From Bacteroidetes bacterium QS_3_64_15 (GTDB taxonomy: Bacteria; Bacteroidota; Rhodothermia; Rhodothermales; Salinibacteraceae), in the NCBI GenBank assembly GCA_003022565.1, contig PXTN01000131.1, positions 1,108 to 65,107 on the forward strand: 64,000 nt of DNA, read 5' to 3'. Numbering within the stretch: position 1 is the stretch's first letter; each line of letters starts with the position of its first letter. Shown here one piece after another: positions 1 through 9,502 of the stretch. A model generated the notes under the pieces. That model had not been told where the DNA came from and made no database searches. It saw only the letters and a list, made by a program, of their open reading frames with translations. The position numbers and the translations under genes were made by a program.

Positions 1-106
1 TGCTCGGCTGGAACAGGAGCTGGTCCTGAAATGCAAAGGCGAGGCCGACGATCGCCCCGTACCCGACGGCAACAGCGAGAACAGTGTTGACCATGAAACG
101 ACGCAT
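1..106 (-). CDS. Alpha/beta hydrolase-like protein, N-terminal part only (runs off window)
   Basis: ATG at 106 gives MRRFMVNTVLAVAVGYGAIVGLAFAFQDQLLFQPS: a TM segment plus the Q-x-x-L-L-F-x-P start typical of ABHD13/BEM46-like hydrolases. Confidence 0.55.
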   Translation of the reverse strand, partial: MRRFMVNTVLAVAVGYGAIVGLAFAFQDQLLFQPS

Positions 107-152
107 GGTGGGAGCAAGCAGTGGCAGATTCGCGATCCCTCGGGGAACGCGA

Positions 153-168
153 CGTTCCACGTGAAACA
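153..168. promoter_or_regulatory. parS: parS site 1 (CGTTCCACGTGAAACA)
   Basis: 2 mismatches to palindromic consensus TGTTTCACGTGAAACA; just downstream of rsmG. Confidence 0.85.
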
Positions 169-173
169 TATCG

Positions 174-815
174 CTACGACCGCACAGCTACAATCTTTTT
201 TTCGCCGAAGAAACTGTTACGCCCGAGAAGATTTTCCAGGTTGTATCGCTCAACCCCCACGTCCGGATCCGCTGAGCGGAGGGCCGCGATCTCGTCGCTC
301 AGGTCACCGCCCTTGAGCGCGAGGAGACCCGTGGGCCACTCATCGTCACCAGTCGGTTCTTCGAGCGAAACGGCCACCCGGCGGTGCCACTGCCAGAGAT
401 CCGCAAGCGGGGCCGTGGCGCGGGCGACCGAATAGTGCGCCTCGCCCGTCCACTCCTCCGCCCGCCCGTTCCACGTGAAACAATTCTCCAGCCCCAGCCG
501 CCGCGCGATCGTCCGCACGACGCGACTCTTCTTCCCTACCGAGTCGACGCCGACGACCGTCACTTCCGGCTCGCAGATCGCGAGCGGAATGGCGGGCAGC
601 CCGCCCCCGGTCCCCCAGTCGACAATGGTAGAGCTGTCCGGAAAACCGCGGACCGTGAGCGTGAGGCAGTGCAGCAGGTGCCGCGTCCGGAAGGCGCCCT
701 CCGTCTCCGGCGAGATGAGGTTGACGCGCTGGTTGAAGCGGAAGAGCTGCTCTTCGTAGCGACTGAGGAGTTCCTGCTGGGAAGAGGAAAGATGGGGAAA
801 CGGATCGAACGCCAT
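174..815 (-). CDS. rsmG: 16S rRNA m7G527 methyltransferase RsmG (GidB)
   Basis: NLIS, HLLHCL, DWGTGGGLPAIPLAI, VARA, LKG motifs; downstream of mnmG; start placed at MAFDPF (815). Confidence 0.95.
   Translation of the reverse strand: MAFDPFPHLSSSQQELLSRYEEQLFRFNQRVNLISPETEGAFRTRHLLHCLTLTVRGFPDSSTIVDWGTGGGLPAIPLAICEPEVTVVGVDSVGKKSRVVRTIARRLGLENCFTWNGRAEEWTGEAHYSVARATAPLADLWQWHRRVAVSLEEPTGDDEWPTGLLALKGGDLSDEIAALRSADPDVGVERYNLENLLGRNSFFGEKKIVAVRS
467..482. promoter_or_regulatory. parS: parS site 2, inside rsmG
   Basis: CGTTCCACGTGAAACA, encoding CFTWN. Confidence 0.8.
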
Positions 816-874
816 ATCCTTTAGGAAACAGAAGACACCAATTCGCCCATCGCTCACGTCAGGACTCGACAGAG

Positions 875-1132
875 ATGGCTGAGATCCTTCGCATTACGGA
901 GATGGAGCAGGTGAGGACCCACTCCCTCAAGGTTACCTTCAACGACGGAACCACAAAGCGAGTGAACCTCCGTCCTCTTCTCTGGGGAGAGGTGTTTGAG
1001 CCGCTCCGCGACCCCGATCGATTCAGCGAGGCGTACCTCGACAAGAAGATGGGCACCGTCGCGTGGCCGAACGGCGCCGATCTTGCCCCGGAGGCCCTGT
1101 ACGAGCTGCAGGACGAGCAGGCGGCGGCGTAA
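875..1132 (+). CDS. DUF2442-family protein (antitoxin-like)
   Basis: LKVTFNDG...GEVFEPLRDP..F...GTVAWPNGADLAPEALY matches the DUF2442 pattern. Confidence 0.85.
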   Translation: MAEILRITEMEQVRTHSLKVTFNDGTTKRVNLRPLLWGEVFEPLRDPDRFSEAYLDKKMGTVAWPNGADLAPEALYELQDEQAAA

Positions 1133-1133
1133 T

Positions 1134-1178
1134 CACGTCCACACTTCCATACCTCCACCCCTCCATACTTCCACGCTA
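1134..1178. repeat. Degenerate octamer tandem repeat (CCAYACYT)n
   Basis: ccacactt ccatacct ccacccct ccatactt ccacgcta between convergent stop codons. Confidence 0.8.
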
Positions 1179-3158
1179 TCCACCCACCGAAACGGCCGTT
1201 TCACGTGAAACACCGAAGCCGTCGCCCGCCACCGTGTCGAGGTCGCGGTCCGTTGGGAGGGGCTCGACGCCCTCGTTCTTGAGCAGCACCATAAGCACGG
1301 AGATGTCCGACGCCCGCACGCCCGGCACGCGCGAGGCCTGGCCCAGGTTGTCCGGCTCCACGGTGCTCAGCTTCTCGCGGGCTTCCTTTGAGATGTTGTC
1401 GAGCGCGTGATAATCGAAGTCGTCGGGGATGGGCCATCGTTCCTTTTCCTCCATCTCCTCCACCATGTCCTGCTGCCGGTCGATATACCCTTCGTATTTC
1501 AGGTCGATCTCGATGAGGCGCGGCGCAGAGAGCATGCCGGGGGCCTCGGTGACCTCATCGTAGATCCCGGCGTGGCGCAGGAGCTCCTCGGAATCGACCT
1601 CCGGGCGCTTGCAGAGCTGGATCACGGGCCGCGGCTGATCGAGCGTGGAGGTGCCCACCGACCGGAGGTACTCGTCCACCTGATCGGGCGTCACGGTGGT
1701 GTCGGCCAGTGTTTCACGTGTAACATCGATTGCCTGCTCCTTCTCCCGCATGCGGTCGTAGCGCTGCTGTGAGGCGAGGCCCAGCTTGTGCCCGAGCTCC
1801 GTGAGGCGCAGGTCCGCGTTGTCTTGGCGCAGCAGGATCCGGTGCTCGGCGCGGCTCGTGAACATGCGGTACGGCTCGTCGGTCCCCTTCGCCACGAGGT
1901 CGTCGATGAGGACGCCGATGTAGGCCTCCGACCGCTTCAGTACGATCGGGTCGGCATCCCGCAGCTTCTGCACCGCGTTGATGCCCGCCATGATGCCCTG
2001 GGCTGCCGCCTCCTCGTAGCCGGTGGTGCCGTTGATCTGCCCCGCGAAGAAGAGGCCGTCCACGGACTTCGTCTCCAGGCTGTACTGGATCTGGTACGGG
2101 GGAAAGAAGTCGTACTCGATGGCGTAGCCGGGCCGGTGCATGTGGGCCTCTTCCATCCCCGGCACGGTGCGAAGGGCCTCGAACTGCACCTCCTCCGGCA
2201 AGCTCGACGAGAAGCCGTTGACGTACACCTCGTGCGTATCGCGCCCCTCCGGCTCAATGAAGAGCTGGTGGTGGTCCTTCTCGGAGAAGCGGTCGATCTT
2301 GTCTTCAATGGATGGGCAGTAACGCGGCCCCTCCGCCTCAATGCGGCCCGCGAACATCGGGCTCCGGTCGAAGCCGGTGCGCAGCACCTCGTGCGTCTCA
2401 GACGTCGTGTCCGTGAGCCAGCAGCAGAGCTGCTCGCTCACCGGCGGCAGGTCGTCGGCCATGAACGAGAAGGCCGTGGCGTCCGGGTCGCCGGGCTGCT
2501 TCTCCATGACGCTGTAGTCGATGGAGCGGCCGTCCACCCGCGGGGGCGTGCCGGTCTTGAGCCGCCCGCTCTCGAAGCCGAGGTCGTGCAGGCAGCCCGT
2601 GATGCCGTGGGAGGCGCTTTCCCCGATGCGCCCGCCGCCGAAGTTCTGCTCGCCGACGTGAATGACGCCGTTCGAAAACGTCCCCGTGGTGAGGATCACG
2701 GACGGGGCGTGGAATTCCTTGTCGAGGTTTGTGCGGACGCCCGTCACCGTCTCCCCGGCCTCGTCGGTCAGGATCTCCTTCACCATGTCCGATCGCATCT
2801 TCAGGGTGTCGATCGCCTCCAGCTCCTGCCGGATGGCCCAGGCGTAGGCGCGGCGACCGCACTGGGCGCGCGGCCCCCACACGGCCGGCCCCTTGCTCTT
2901 GTTGAGCATCCGAAACTGGAGGCCAGCCCGGTCGGTCGCCTTTCCCATGATGCCGCCGAGGGCGTCGATTTCACGTGCAATATGGCCCTTGCCGATGCCC
3001 CCGATGGCGGGGTTGCAGGACATCTGCCCGATGTCCGCGAGCTTCATCGTGATGAGGAGCGTGTCGGCTCCCATGTTGGCCGCCGCGGCCGCCGCTTCGC
3101 TGCCGCTGTGCCCCCCGCCGACGACGATGACGTCGTACTCGAAGTAATCCTGATGCAT
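1176..3158 (-). CDS. mnmG: tRNA uridine-5-carboxymethylaminomethyl modification enzyme MnmG (GidA)
   Basis: GGGHSG, MSCNPAIGG, KGPAV, RLKTGTPPR, GPRYCPSIEDK, AGQINGTTGYEEAAAQG, EPYRMFTSRAE. Confidence 0.99.
   Translation of the reverse strand: MHQDYFEYDVIVVGGGHSGSEAAAAAANMGADTLLITMKLADIGQMSCNPAIGGIGKGHIAREIDALGGIMGKATDRAGLQFRMLNKSKGPAVWGPRAQCGRRAYAWAIRQELEAIDTLKMRSDMVKEILTDEAGETVTGVRTNLDKEFHAPSVILTTGTFSNGVIHVGEQNFGGGRIGESASHGITGCLHDLGFESGRLKTGTPPRVDGRSIDYSVMEKQPGDPDATAFSFMADDLPPVSEQLCCWLTDTTSETHEVLRTGFDRSPMFAGRIEAEGPRYCPSIEDKIDRFSEKDHHQLFIEPEGRDTHEVYVNGFSSSLPEEVQFEALRTVPGMEEAHMHRPGYAIEYDFFPPYQIQYSLETKSVDGLFFAGQINGTTGYEEAAAQGIMAGINAVQKLRDADPIVLKRSEAYIGVLIDDLVAKGTDEPYRMFTSRAEHRILLRQDNADLRLTELGHKLGLASQQRYDRMREKEQAIDVTRETLADTTVTPDQVDEYLRSVGTSTLDQPRPVIQLCKRPEVDSEELLRHAGIYDEVTEAPGMLSAPRLIEIDLKYEGYIDRQQDMVEEMEEKERWPIPDDFDYHALDNISKEAREKLSTVEPDNLGQASRVPGVRASDISVLMVLLKNEGVEPLPTDRDLDTVAGDGFGVSRETAVSVGG
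1197..1212. promoter_or_regulatory. parS: parS site 3, in the mnmG 3' end
   Basis: CGTTTCACGTGAAACA (1 mismatch), encoding VSRET. Confidence 0.9.
1710..1725. promoter_or_regulatory. parS: parS site 4, inside mnmG
   Basis: TGTTTCACGTGTAACA (1 mismatch), encoding VTRET. Confidence 0.8.
2967..2982. promoter_or_regulatory. Degenerate parS-like site inside mnmG
   Basis: GATTTCACGTGCAATA, 4 mismatches, intact CACGTG core, AT-rich codons atypical for this gene. Confidence 0.4.
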
Positions 3159-3481
3159 AACCTGTGACCCGTGATCGAGAGCGAAAGTCTACCGAAGAAG
3201 GACACCAAGACTCGGCGACCTCCATTAACGAAGCATCCGTCGCCGTGTGCCCGCCGCGCCCGCGGGACGACCGACGAAGACCAGCCAAGCGGCCCTCAGG
3301 GACGCTAGGACAGGGACGACACGTGATCTGTCCAAATACAACTCGGCCGTACAGAGGTGCGACACATGCTTTGTCCAGAAAAGGATCCTTGTAACCCTGA
3401 ATCCGACCATCGGCGGTCTACCTCCTTCCGTTGAGAAGGGCGCCCCCATCTCCACGGCCACACCCCCAATGCTTCTACGTT

Positions 3482-3557
3482 CAGACGCCCATACGCCCGC
3501 ACGCCCAGACGCATATCCCCATCTTCCACACCTCCAACCCTCCACACCTCCACACTT
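3482..3557. repeat. Octamer tandem repeats (CAKACGCC)n and (TCCACACC)n
   Basis: cagacgcc catacgcc cgcacgcc cagacgca ... tccacacc tccaaccc tccacacc tccacact. Confidence 0.75.
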
Positions 3558-4035
3558 AACTGCCCATCTTCCGAAGAAAGCGCTGCACAGTGCGGCGGGT
3601 GGGGAGCTCCTCCTCGTCGACGTGCTGGGCCAGTTCCTCGAGGAGCTCCGTGCTCGTGCAATCGGGATGGTCAGCGAGATAGTGGAGCGCCACCGTGCGC
3701 AGCTCCGAACCGGCCCCGAAGTACGACTCATAGGAGCGCTCGCTCCGGCGGCCGTGGCGGTCGATGAGCCCCTGCAGTCCGTCGTCCCGGAGCTGCTGCG
3801 CCCACCGCCGCAACGTACGGGCCGTCACCGAGTCGTACACGTCGTAGACCCAGTCGTCCACGGCGGCAGCGCGTTGCTCGAACGCCTCGGCGACCTCCTC
3901 TTGCGCCTGGGCGTCGGACAGGGATTCTTCCTCGCGGTGCCGGGCATAGGCGCGGAGGAGTGAGAGACGAGCAGCGAGGCGACGAAAGCCCCCCTCCTCC
4001 AGGCGCGACAGTTGACGGAGCGGATCGTCGGACAT
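3556..4035 (-). CDS. Helix-turn-helix protein resembling a transposase DNA-binding domain, without catalytic domain
   Basis: TARTLRRWAQQLRDDGLQGLIDRHGRR and C-terminal PTRRTVQRFL HTH-like motifs; host-like codon usage. Confidence 0.7.
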   Translation of the reverse strand: MSDDPLRQLSRLEEGGFRRLAARLSLLRAYARHREEESLSDAQAQEEVAEAFEQRAAAVDDWVYDVYDSVTARTLRRWAQQLRDDGLQGLIDRHGRRSERSYESYFGAGSELRTVALHYLADHPDCTSTELLEELAQHVDEEELPTRRTVQRFLRKMGS

Positions 4036-4241
4036 AAGGTCAACGCGCAGGTGTGTAACCGAATGCCAGGATCTACTGTGCCTGCTTTGATTGAGCGGAA
4101 ACGCCGTGAGGCGCGCCTCGCGGCAGGTCTTCCTTCATCAATCGGACGGATCGGTGTACAACCGGACAACGACGCGCACAAATGGATTCCGGCGCCTGAC
4201 GTCCTAGCCGAATTAGCTGGCGGATTATGGTCGACGGGCAT

Positions 4242-7058
4242 TCACGAGGGCGCCCCTCCGAACAGTTCAGCGTTTCGGGCAAGGAGCCAACCCACAACGC
4301 CTGCGAGCAACGCGGAGACGGCAAGGAGGGAGAGCCACCAGAGCCGGGTCGAGGTCGCATCCGCGTCGGGCGGCTCCAGCGGCGCGGGCTGGGGCGAGCC
4401 GTAGAGCACTGACGGAGCCCAGAAGAAGGGGCTGGTCTTTGCGGAATGGGTCTCCAGATACGTGAGCTTGGCTTGGCGGAGGGCCCGATCCTTCGGAAGG
4501 CCGTCCCGGAGGTTCCGGTAGAAATTCTCTGTGAGTGCCGAGCTCGCCTGATCGGCCGTGGGCCATAGATTGGACACCGTGGATTGTGCGCCCATCGCCC
4601 GGAAGGCATACTGCAGCCCCGCCATGCCTTCTCCGCCCCGCAGCGAGCCGCGCGCCGTGCTACAGCCACTGAGGACTGCGAGCGGAATGGTGTGGTCCCG
4701 AGACTGTAATTCATGCAAAAACAGGATGCCGTCCGAGGCCGAGTCAGGTTGGAGGAGAAAGGCATTCTGGAGCGGGGAGGCAGGATGCACGAAGGCGTGC
4801 GACGCCAGGTGAACCACGCCGGCCTGCCGGCGGGCCGTCGCAAATTTCGACTCCGTGGCGGCTTCGTCGAGAAACGCCTTCGCGTTCCCGACCTGTTGGA
4901 TCAAGGCGTCCATCTCGGCCCGAACTCCCGGCAGGGAAGGGAGGGCGAGGGAGGAGTCTTCGGCGGCCTCAGGCAGGGTGGCACGGAGGGCCGACGGAAG
5001 GGTGCGGAGCGTGTCGAAGTTGGTGATCCCGAACGCCGCGAGGTCTGGGTCGAAGGACTCGGGGCTGACCAGGGTCGACGTATCGACTGCCATGGAGGCA
5101 GCCAAGTCAAGCGCCGTGGGACGCTGGTGCAGCACGAAGCGGGCCTGGCTGTGATCGTAGCGCCCTCCTGGCGTGGCCGTGGCCAGCATCGAAAACGGCA
5201 CGTGAAACAGCGGCCCGTCGGGGACGACGGTCAGGGGCTGATCAGGCGACAGGTGCTCGGCAATGGGGGCATACAGGCGGTCGTGCAGTTCGCGAAGCGG
5301 CCGGAGGTCGAAGTGCATCGCGTTACTGTGGTGCGGTTTGTCCTCCTGGGCAAACAGGGGAGAGATGGATGTCACCTGGGCCCGCACCGAATCCTGTGTG
5401 AGCCCAGAGAGTGAAACGGTCCGGAGCGTATCGGCCGTGAGGACGAAGGCCGCCGACCGCGGCGCTCGGTCGTAGACGGGCCAAGGAGTGTCAAGAAAGT
5501 AGGAGACGAGGGCCCGGTCCTGCCGGGCAAGGGCATCGAAAATTTCGTCGAGAGAGGGACGGGCGTTCCTCGCGGAATCGAGCTGTAGGATGGTCTGACG
5601 CGCTGTCATAAGCGTCGCTTCGCGGGTGCGGAGGTCTGCTTCCGCTGCTTCGGAAAGGGTGTCCTTCCCGAGCCGGGTACGCACGTCGGTGAGCGTGTGG
5701 CTGACGCTGTCGAGCCGGGCGCGGGCCGACGCTGGCAGTTGGTTGGCGACCCGGGACTGGGTTCGCAGATCCTGCAGGTGACGGGCCCGGGACCGGTCGA
5801 GGGCAGTCAGGGCCTCGAAGGGCCGACCCTGCGCTAGGAGGGTGCGCACGAGACCGCGGTGCACGTCTCGCCACTGGGCGAAGGCGGTTGAGGCCCATTG
5901 GGTCGCCGTCAGCGACTCGCGGTATTTTTCGATAACCGCCACGCCCTGCCGGTAGTACGATTCTGCCTGGGCCCAGTTTTTTTGCTGCTCGTGTAGTCGA
6001 CCGAGGGCCCGAAGGATGCGCCGCTGGGAGTCGAGGTCCCCGAGGTCCTCGGCCTGTCGGAGCGCCCGATTCAGGGTCCGGTCGGCCTGCGTCCACCGGT
6101 GGGTTTGGATGTGGAGCACCCCGAGCTTGAGAAGCGAAAAGGCATGAAGCCGAGTTGCGTCGTTCGTCTGGGCGTACTGGCGGGCCTCTTCGTTTAACTG
6201 ATAGGCGCGGCCGAAGTGGCCCAGATACCCGAGGGTTTCGGAGAGGGTCATGGAAGCCTCGGCGTGCTCCTTCGTGTGCGGATCGGACACGGTGCGGGCC
6301 CGCCGGGCCAGATCCCGAGCGCGCTCCAGAGGAGCACGTTCGAACTCCGTATTGAGCGTTTTCTCCAGTAGAAAGTCGGACCTGCTCGACAGGATTTCTC
6401 CCCACAGTGAAGGATGGGCGTCCGGACGCAGTTTGCTCTGACGGAAGAGGCGTTCGGCGCGAGCGTAGTAGTGACGGGCCGAACGATAATCCTGTGTGCG
6501 CTGGTGTAGCAGTCCTACGTCGAGGTGGTACGCAACGCGGAAATCGAGGTCCTCCGCCGGAGTTTTTCTGAGGGCCTTAAGGTAGTGATCGATGGCTGAA
6601 GAGAGGTCTCCGAGAAAATAGTAGAGAAGTCCCTGATTGCGGTGAAGAACATGCGGCCATGCTGTCCCTTCCTTCTCCGTGGACGGGATGGGCGGATCCG
6701 ATTCGAAATACGAATGCGCCCGTTCGAACGTCTTGAAGGCCTCGGGGAACCGCCGCAGGGCCGCCAGGAGGGCGCTCTCCACGTAGAACGTGCGCATCAC
6801 GTTGTCGAAATACGGCCGCTCGACCGTCGACGGATCGAGATCCAGCAAACACTTCCGCGCCGATCGGACTTGAGTGAGGTACGCACGAATTGCGCCTTGA
6901 GAAACCGGAGAATCGCCGGACCACGTCTGTGGAATCCCGTCGCCCCAACCAATGGGAGGGTCCGATTGAGCGGGCGCCCGACGTAAGCAGGTCTCCAAGG
7001 GATCGCTGGGGGGAGTCGGGACTGCGATGAGGAAGGCGCCGAGGAGAAGGGCCAGCAT
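4242..7058 (-). CDS. TPR-CHAT domain protease with N-terminal hydrophobic signal and C-terminal TM anchor
   Basis: TPR-like helices; VVPDGPLFHVPF, HLASHA (catalytic His), VLSGCSTARG (catalytic Cys), GEGMAGL, VSNLW, ALRQAKL, PFFWA; TM LWWLSLLAVSALLAGVVGWLL. Confidence 0.93.
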   Translation of the reverse strand: MLALLLGAFLIAVPTPPSDPLETCLRRAPAQSDPPIGWGDGIPQTWSGDSPVSQGAIRAYLTQVRSARKCLLDLDPSTVERPYFDNVMRTFYVESALLAALRRFPEAFKTFERAHSYFESDPPIPSTEKEGTAWPHVLHRNQGLLYYFLGDLSSAIDHYLKALRKTPAEDLDFRVAYHLDVGLLHQRTQDYRSARHYYARAERLFRQSKLRPDAHPSLWGEILSSRSDFLLEKTLNTEFERAPLERARDLARRARTVSDPHTKEHAEASMTLSETLGYLGHFGRAYQLNEEARQYAQTNDATRLHAFSLLKLGVLHIQTHRWTQADRTLNRALRQAEDLGDLDSQRRILRALGRLHEQQKNWAQAESYYRQGVAVIEKYRESLTATQWASTAFAQWRDVHRGLVRTLLAQGRPFEALTALDRSRARHLQDLRTQSRVANQLPASARARLDSVSHTLTDVRTRLGKDTLSEAAEADLRTREATLMTARQTILQLDSARNARPSLDEIFDALARQDRALVSYFLDTPWPVYDRAPRSAAFVLTADTLRTVSLSGLTQDSVRAQVTSISPLFAQEDKPHHSNAMHFDLRPLRELHDRLYAPIAEHLSPDQPLTVVPDGPLFHVPFSMLATATPGGRYDHSQARFVLHQRPTALDLAASMAVDTSTLVSPESFDPDLAAFGITNFDTLRTLPSALRATLPEAAEDSSLALPSLPGVRAEMDALIQQVGNAKAFLDEAATESKFATARRQAGVVHLASHAFVHPASPLQNAFLLQPDSASDGILFLHELQSRDHTIPLAVLSGCSTARGSLRGGEGMAGLQYAFRAMGAQSTVSNLWPTADQASSALTENFYRNLRDGLPKDRALRQAKLTYLETHSAKTSPFFWAPSVLYGSPQPAPLEPPDADATSTRLWWLSLLAVSALLAGVVGWLLARNAELFGGAPS

Positions 7059-7461
7059 GGCCAATCGGGACGGTGGAAAGAAAGGACGCTGTTTGTTTTC
7101 TTCACCAAAAGCGGAGAAGACGCCGCAGGGAACCCACCATCGCAATTCTCACGCTACACAGCCCTTGACGTATGATCGTATCAGCCCAGAATTCTCCCAA
7201 GACTTTTCAGTCACGAACGACCTCTCAGATGACAGGTGGAGGTGGCAAACCATCCGGAGGAGATGAGCCCACGGGCGGTAGCGACGACGAAGATGAGGAA
7301 TAGAAATTAAGTACGTGTGCCGTCCATCGCAAAGGCGCTGAGGGGGAGTCCATCGTTGAACTCGCCCCTGGCTCATGAACCCGTGTATGGAAATGGTGAA
7401 TCGGGCAAAATCCTGAGAGGGGGCCGGGCTCGCGACTCAGAACGCCGCTCGATCGGGAGTC

Positions 7462-8067
7462 CTACGGGGAGGATCGGCGGACGGCGGGCCGCCCTACGGA
7501 GCGGCCGTAAAGGGAGGCGGTGCACGTGCAGGCCTCGGTGCAGACCGGGCAATTCGGGCGCGTGCCGGTGCGAGAATAGTAGCGGTCGACCGTCGCCAGA
7601 CGCGTGAACTCGTACTTCTCAAACAGCGTGCGGCTGTCGGTGGGGGCGGGGCGGTGCCAGGCGACGCCGAACGCACGGGACACGTCCCGATCGGCAAGCA
7701 CCGCGAGTCTTCGGTCGTAGAACGCTGAGCCGATCCCCCGGCCCTCCCAGTCGGCTCGTACACACGAAAGGTGGAAGATGCCGTTCGCGTCGGCGAGCGG
7801 CAGAGGCAGATCGAGCACGTCGAGCCCAAGATACTGGCGCGTATATGCCCGGTCCCCCACGTCGAGGAAGGACAGCCCGACGAGTTCGTCGTCCGGGGCG
7901 GCGACGGCCACGAGGCCGACGGCCGAGTGCGTCGGATTCAGGGCCGCCTCCATCCAGTTCTTCTGCGTGGAGGGGGCACCCCCAAACCGATCGTCCCAGA
8001 GCTGTTGCGCTGCGGGGGCATCGGGCCGCCTGAGGGGGCGGAGCGAGACCGTTTCTGGGAGAGGCAT
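7462..8067 (-). CDS. GNAT-family acetyltransferase with C-terminal Cys-rich motif
   Basis: CVRADWEGRGIGSA acetyl-CoA motif A; C-terminal CPVCTEACTC. Confidence 0.85.
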   Translation of the reverse strand: MPLPETVSLRPLRRPDAPAAQQLWDDRFGGAPSTQKNWMEAALNPTHSAVGLVAVAAPDDELVGLSFLDVGDRAYTRQYLGLDVLDLPLPLADANGIFHLSCVRADWEGRGIGSAFYDRRLAVLADRDVSRAFGVAWHRPAPTDSRTLFEKYEFTRLATVDRYYSRTGTRPNCPVCTEACTCTASLYGRSVGRPAVRRSSP

Positions 8068-8204
8068 GGACACGTGAAGACTTGCGTGTGCTGCCGACGA
8101 ACGAAGGGCCTCGGTCGCCGTAATGGGTAGATACTCGGTCCCGACGGCATCCCGATAGCCGTCGGGACTGTATCCAGATCTTCCAGGTGGCGACTGCCCC
8201 GCTC

Positions 8205-9449
8205 ATGATCCTCCACACCCTTCGCCTCCGGTCGTTCCGCGCCCACGCGGAGAGCGAGTTCGACCTTGCCCCGTCGATCAACCTGCTCTACGGGCCCAAT
8301 GGGGCGGGCAAGACGAACGTGCTTGAGGCGGTCCATTACCTGTGCCTCACCAAGAGCTTCACCGCCGCGCGCGACCGGTACGCCGTGCGGAAGGGGGCGC
8401 CCTACTTCGAGGTGGAAGGCATCGTCGCGAACGTGCGGGAGGAGCCCGTGACCGTGCGGCTGGCGTACGTGCCGGGCGAGGGCAAAAAGATCTTCGTCAA
8501 CGGCGTAGAGCTCGACCGGCTGGCTGACATCGTGGGTACGCTGCCGGTCGTGGTGTTTTCGCCGGAGGACTACGACCTGACGGCCGGGGGGCCCAGCGAG
8601 CGACGCCAGTTCATGAACAACATCCTCAGCCAGGCGCGCCCCGTCTACATGGACGACCTAATGACGTACCGACGGGCGCGCCGCCAGCGAAACGAGGTGT
8701 TGCGCGACTACAGGACGCGTCCGGATCCGCCCCCGACCGAGCTTCTGGAGCCCTGGACGGAAAAGCTCGTCACGCTGGGCAGTCGCATCGTGCACCGCCG
8801 CCAGCAATTCCTTCAGGACTTCGGCGACGACCTCGCAGAGGCGTACCGGCGCATCGAAGCGGTGGCCGAGCGCCCCACCATCGAATACGACACCTTCGCC
8901 GACCTCCCCCCCGACGCCCCTCCCGGCGACGTGGCCGATGCCTTCCGCGCGGCCCTCGACCGAAAGAAGAGACAGGAGCGGGACCGCGGCACCACCCTCG
9001 CGGGCCCGCAGCGCGACGAGCTCATCTTTCGGCTCGATAACCTGGAGGTGCGTCGCTACGGCTCGCAGGGGCAACACCGCACCTTTGCGATGGCGCTGAA
9101 GCTGGCGCAGTATTTTTATCTGCAGGCCCGAAGCGACACCGAGCCCCTGCTGTTGCTCGACGACGCGTTCGGCAAGCTCGACGCGGACCGGACCGGGGTC
9201 TTCCTCGACCTCCTTCGGTCCGACGCTGTCGGGCAGAGTCTCGTCACGGCCACGCGCCGCGGCCCGTTTGAGGCGACGCTCGGCGCCGATCCCGACGCCC
9301 ATCGCGCATTCCGGGTGCGCCGCGTAGACGGAGCGGCCGAGGTGACCCCGGAGCGGCCGAGCAGTGCCGCCGGCAAATCCGGCGAGGCCGTGACGGCCCC
9401 CGAAGCGGCGATGACCGATCCATCTAGCCCGGCCGCTCCTCAAAACTGA
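8205..9449 (+). CDS. recF: DNA replication/repair protein RecF
   Basis: GPNGAGKTN, GGPSERRQF, GPQRD, SQGQ, LLLLDD. Confidence 0.97.
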   Translation: MILHTLRLRSFRAHAESEFDLAPSINLLYGPNGAGKTNVLEAVHYLCLTKSFTAARDRYAVRKGAPYFEVEGIVANVREEPVTVRLAYVPGEGKKIFVNGVELDRLADIVGTLPVVVFSPEDYDLTAGGPSERRQFMNNILSQARPVYMDDLMTYRRARRQRNEVLRDYRTRPDPPPTELLEPWTEKLVTLGSRIVHRRQQFLQDFGDDLAEAYRRIEAVAERPTIEYDTFADLPPDAPPGDVADAFRAALDRKKRQERDRGTTLAGPQRDELIFRLDNLEVRRYGSQGQHRTFAMALKLAQYFYLQARSDTEPLLLLDDAFGKLDADRTGVFLDLLRSDAVGQSLVTATRRGPFEATLGADPDAHRAFRVRRVDGAAEVTPERPSSAAGKSGEAVTAPEAAMTDPSSPAAPQN

Positions 9450-9502
9450 GACCGGGCGCCGATCCGTTTTTTCGTGTAATCGTTCATGCTGCCCTTGTCA
9501 CA

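Noticed and set aside
5195-5209. CACGTGAAACA in the CHAT gene as a parS site
   Set aside because: Only a half-site, and explained by the conserved LFHVPF motif.
7211-7327. Signal-peptide-like micro-ORF upstream of CHAT (MDGTRT*FLFLIFVVATARG...)
   Set aside because: In-frame TAA at codon 7; too short to support even as a pseudogene.
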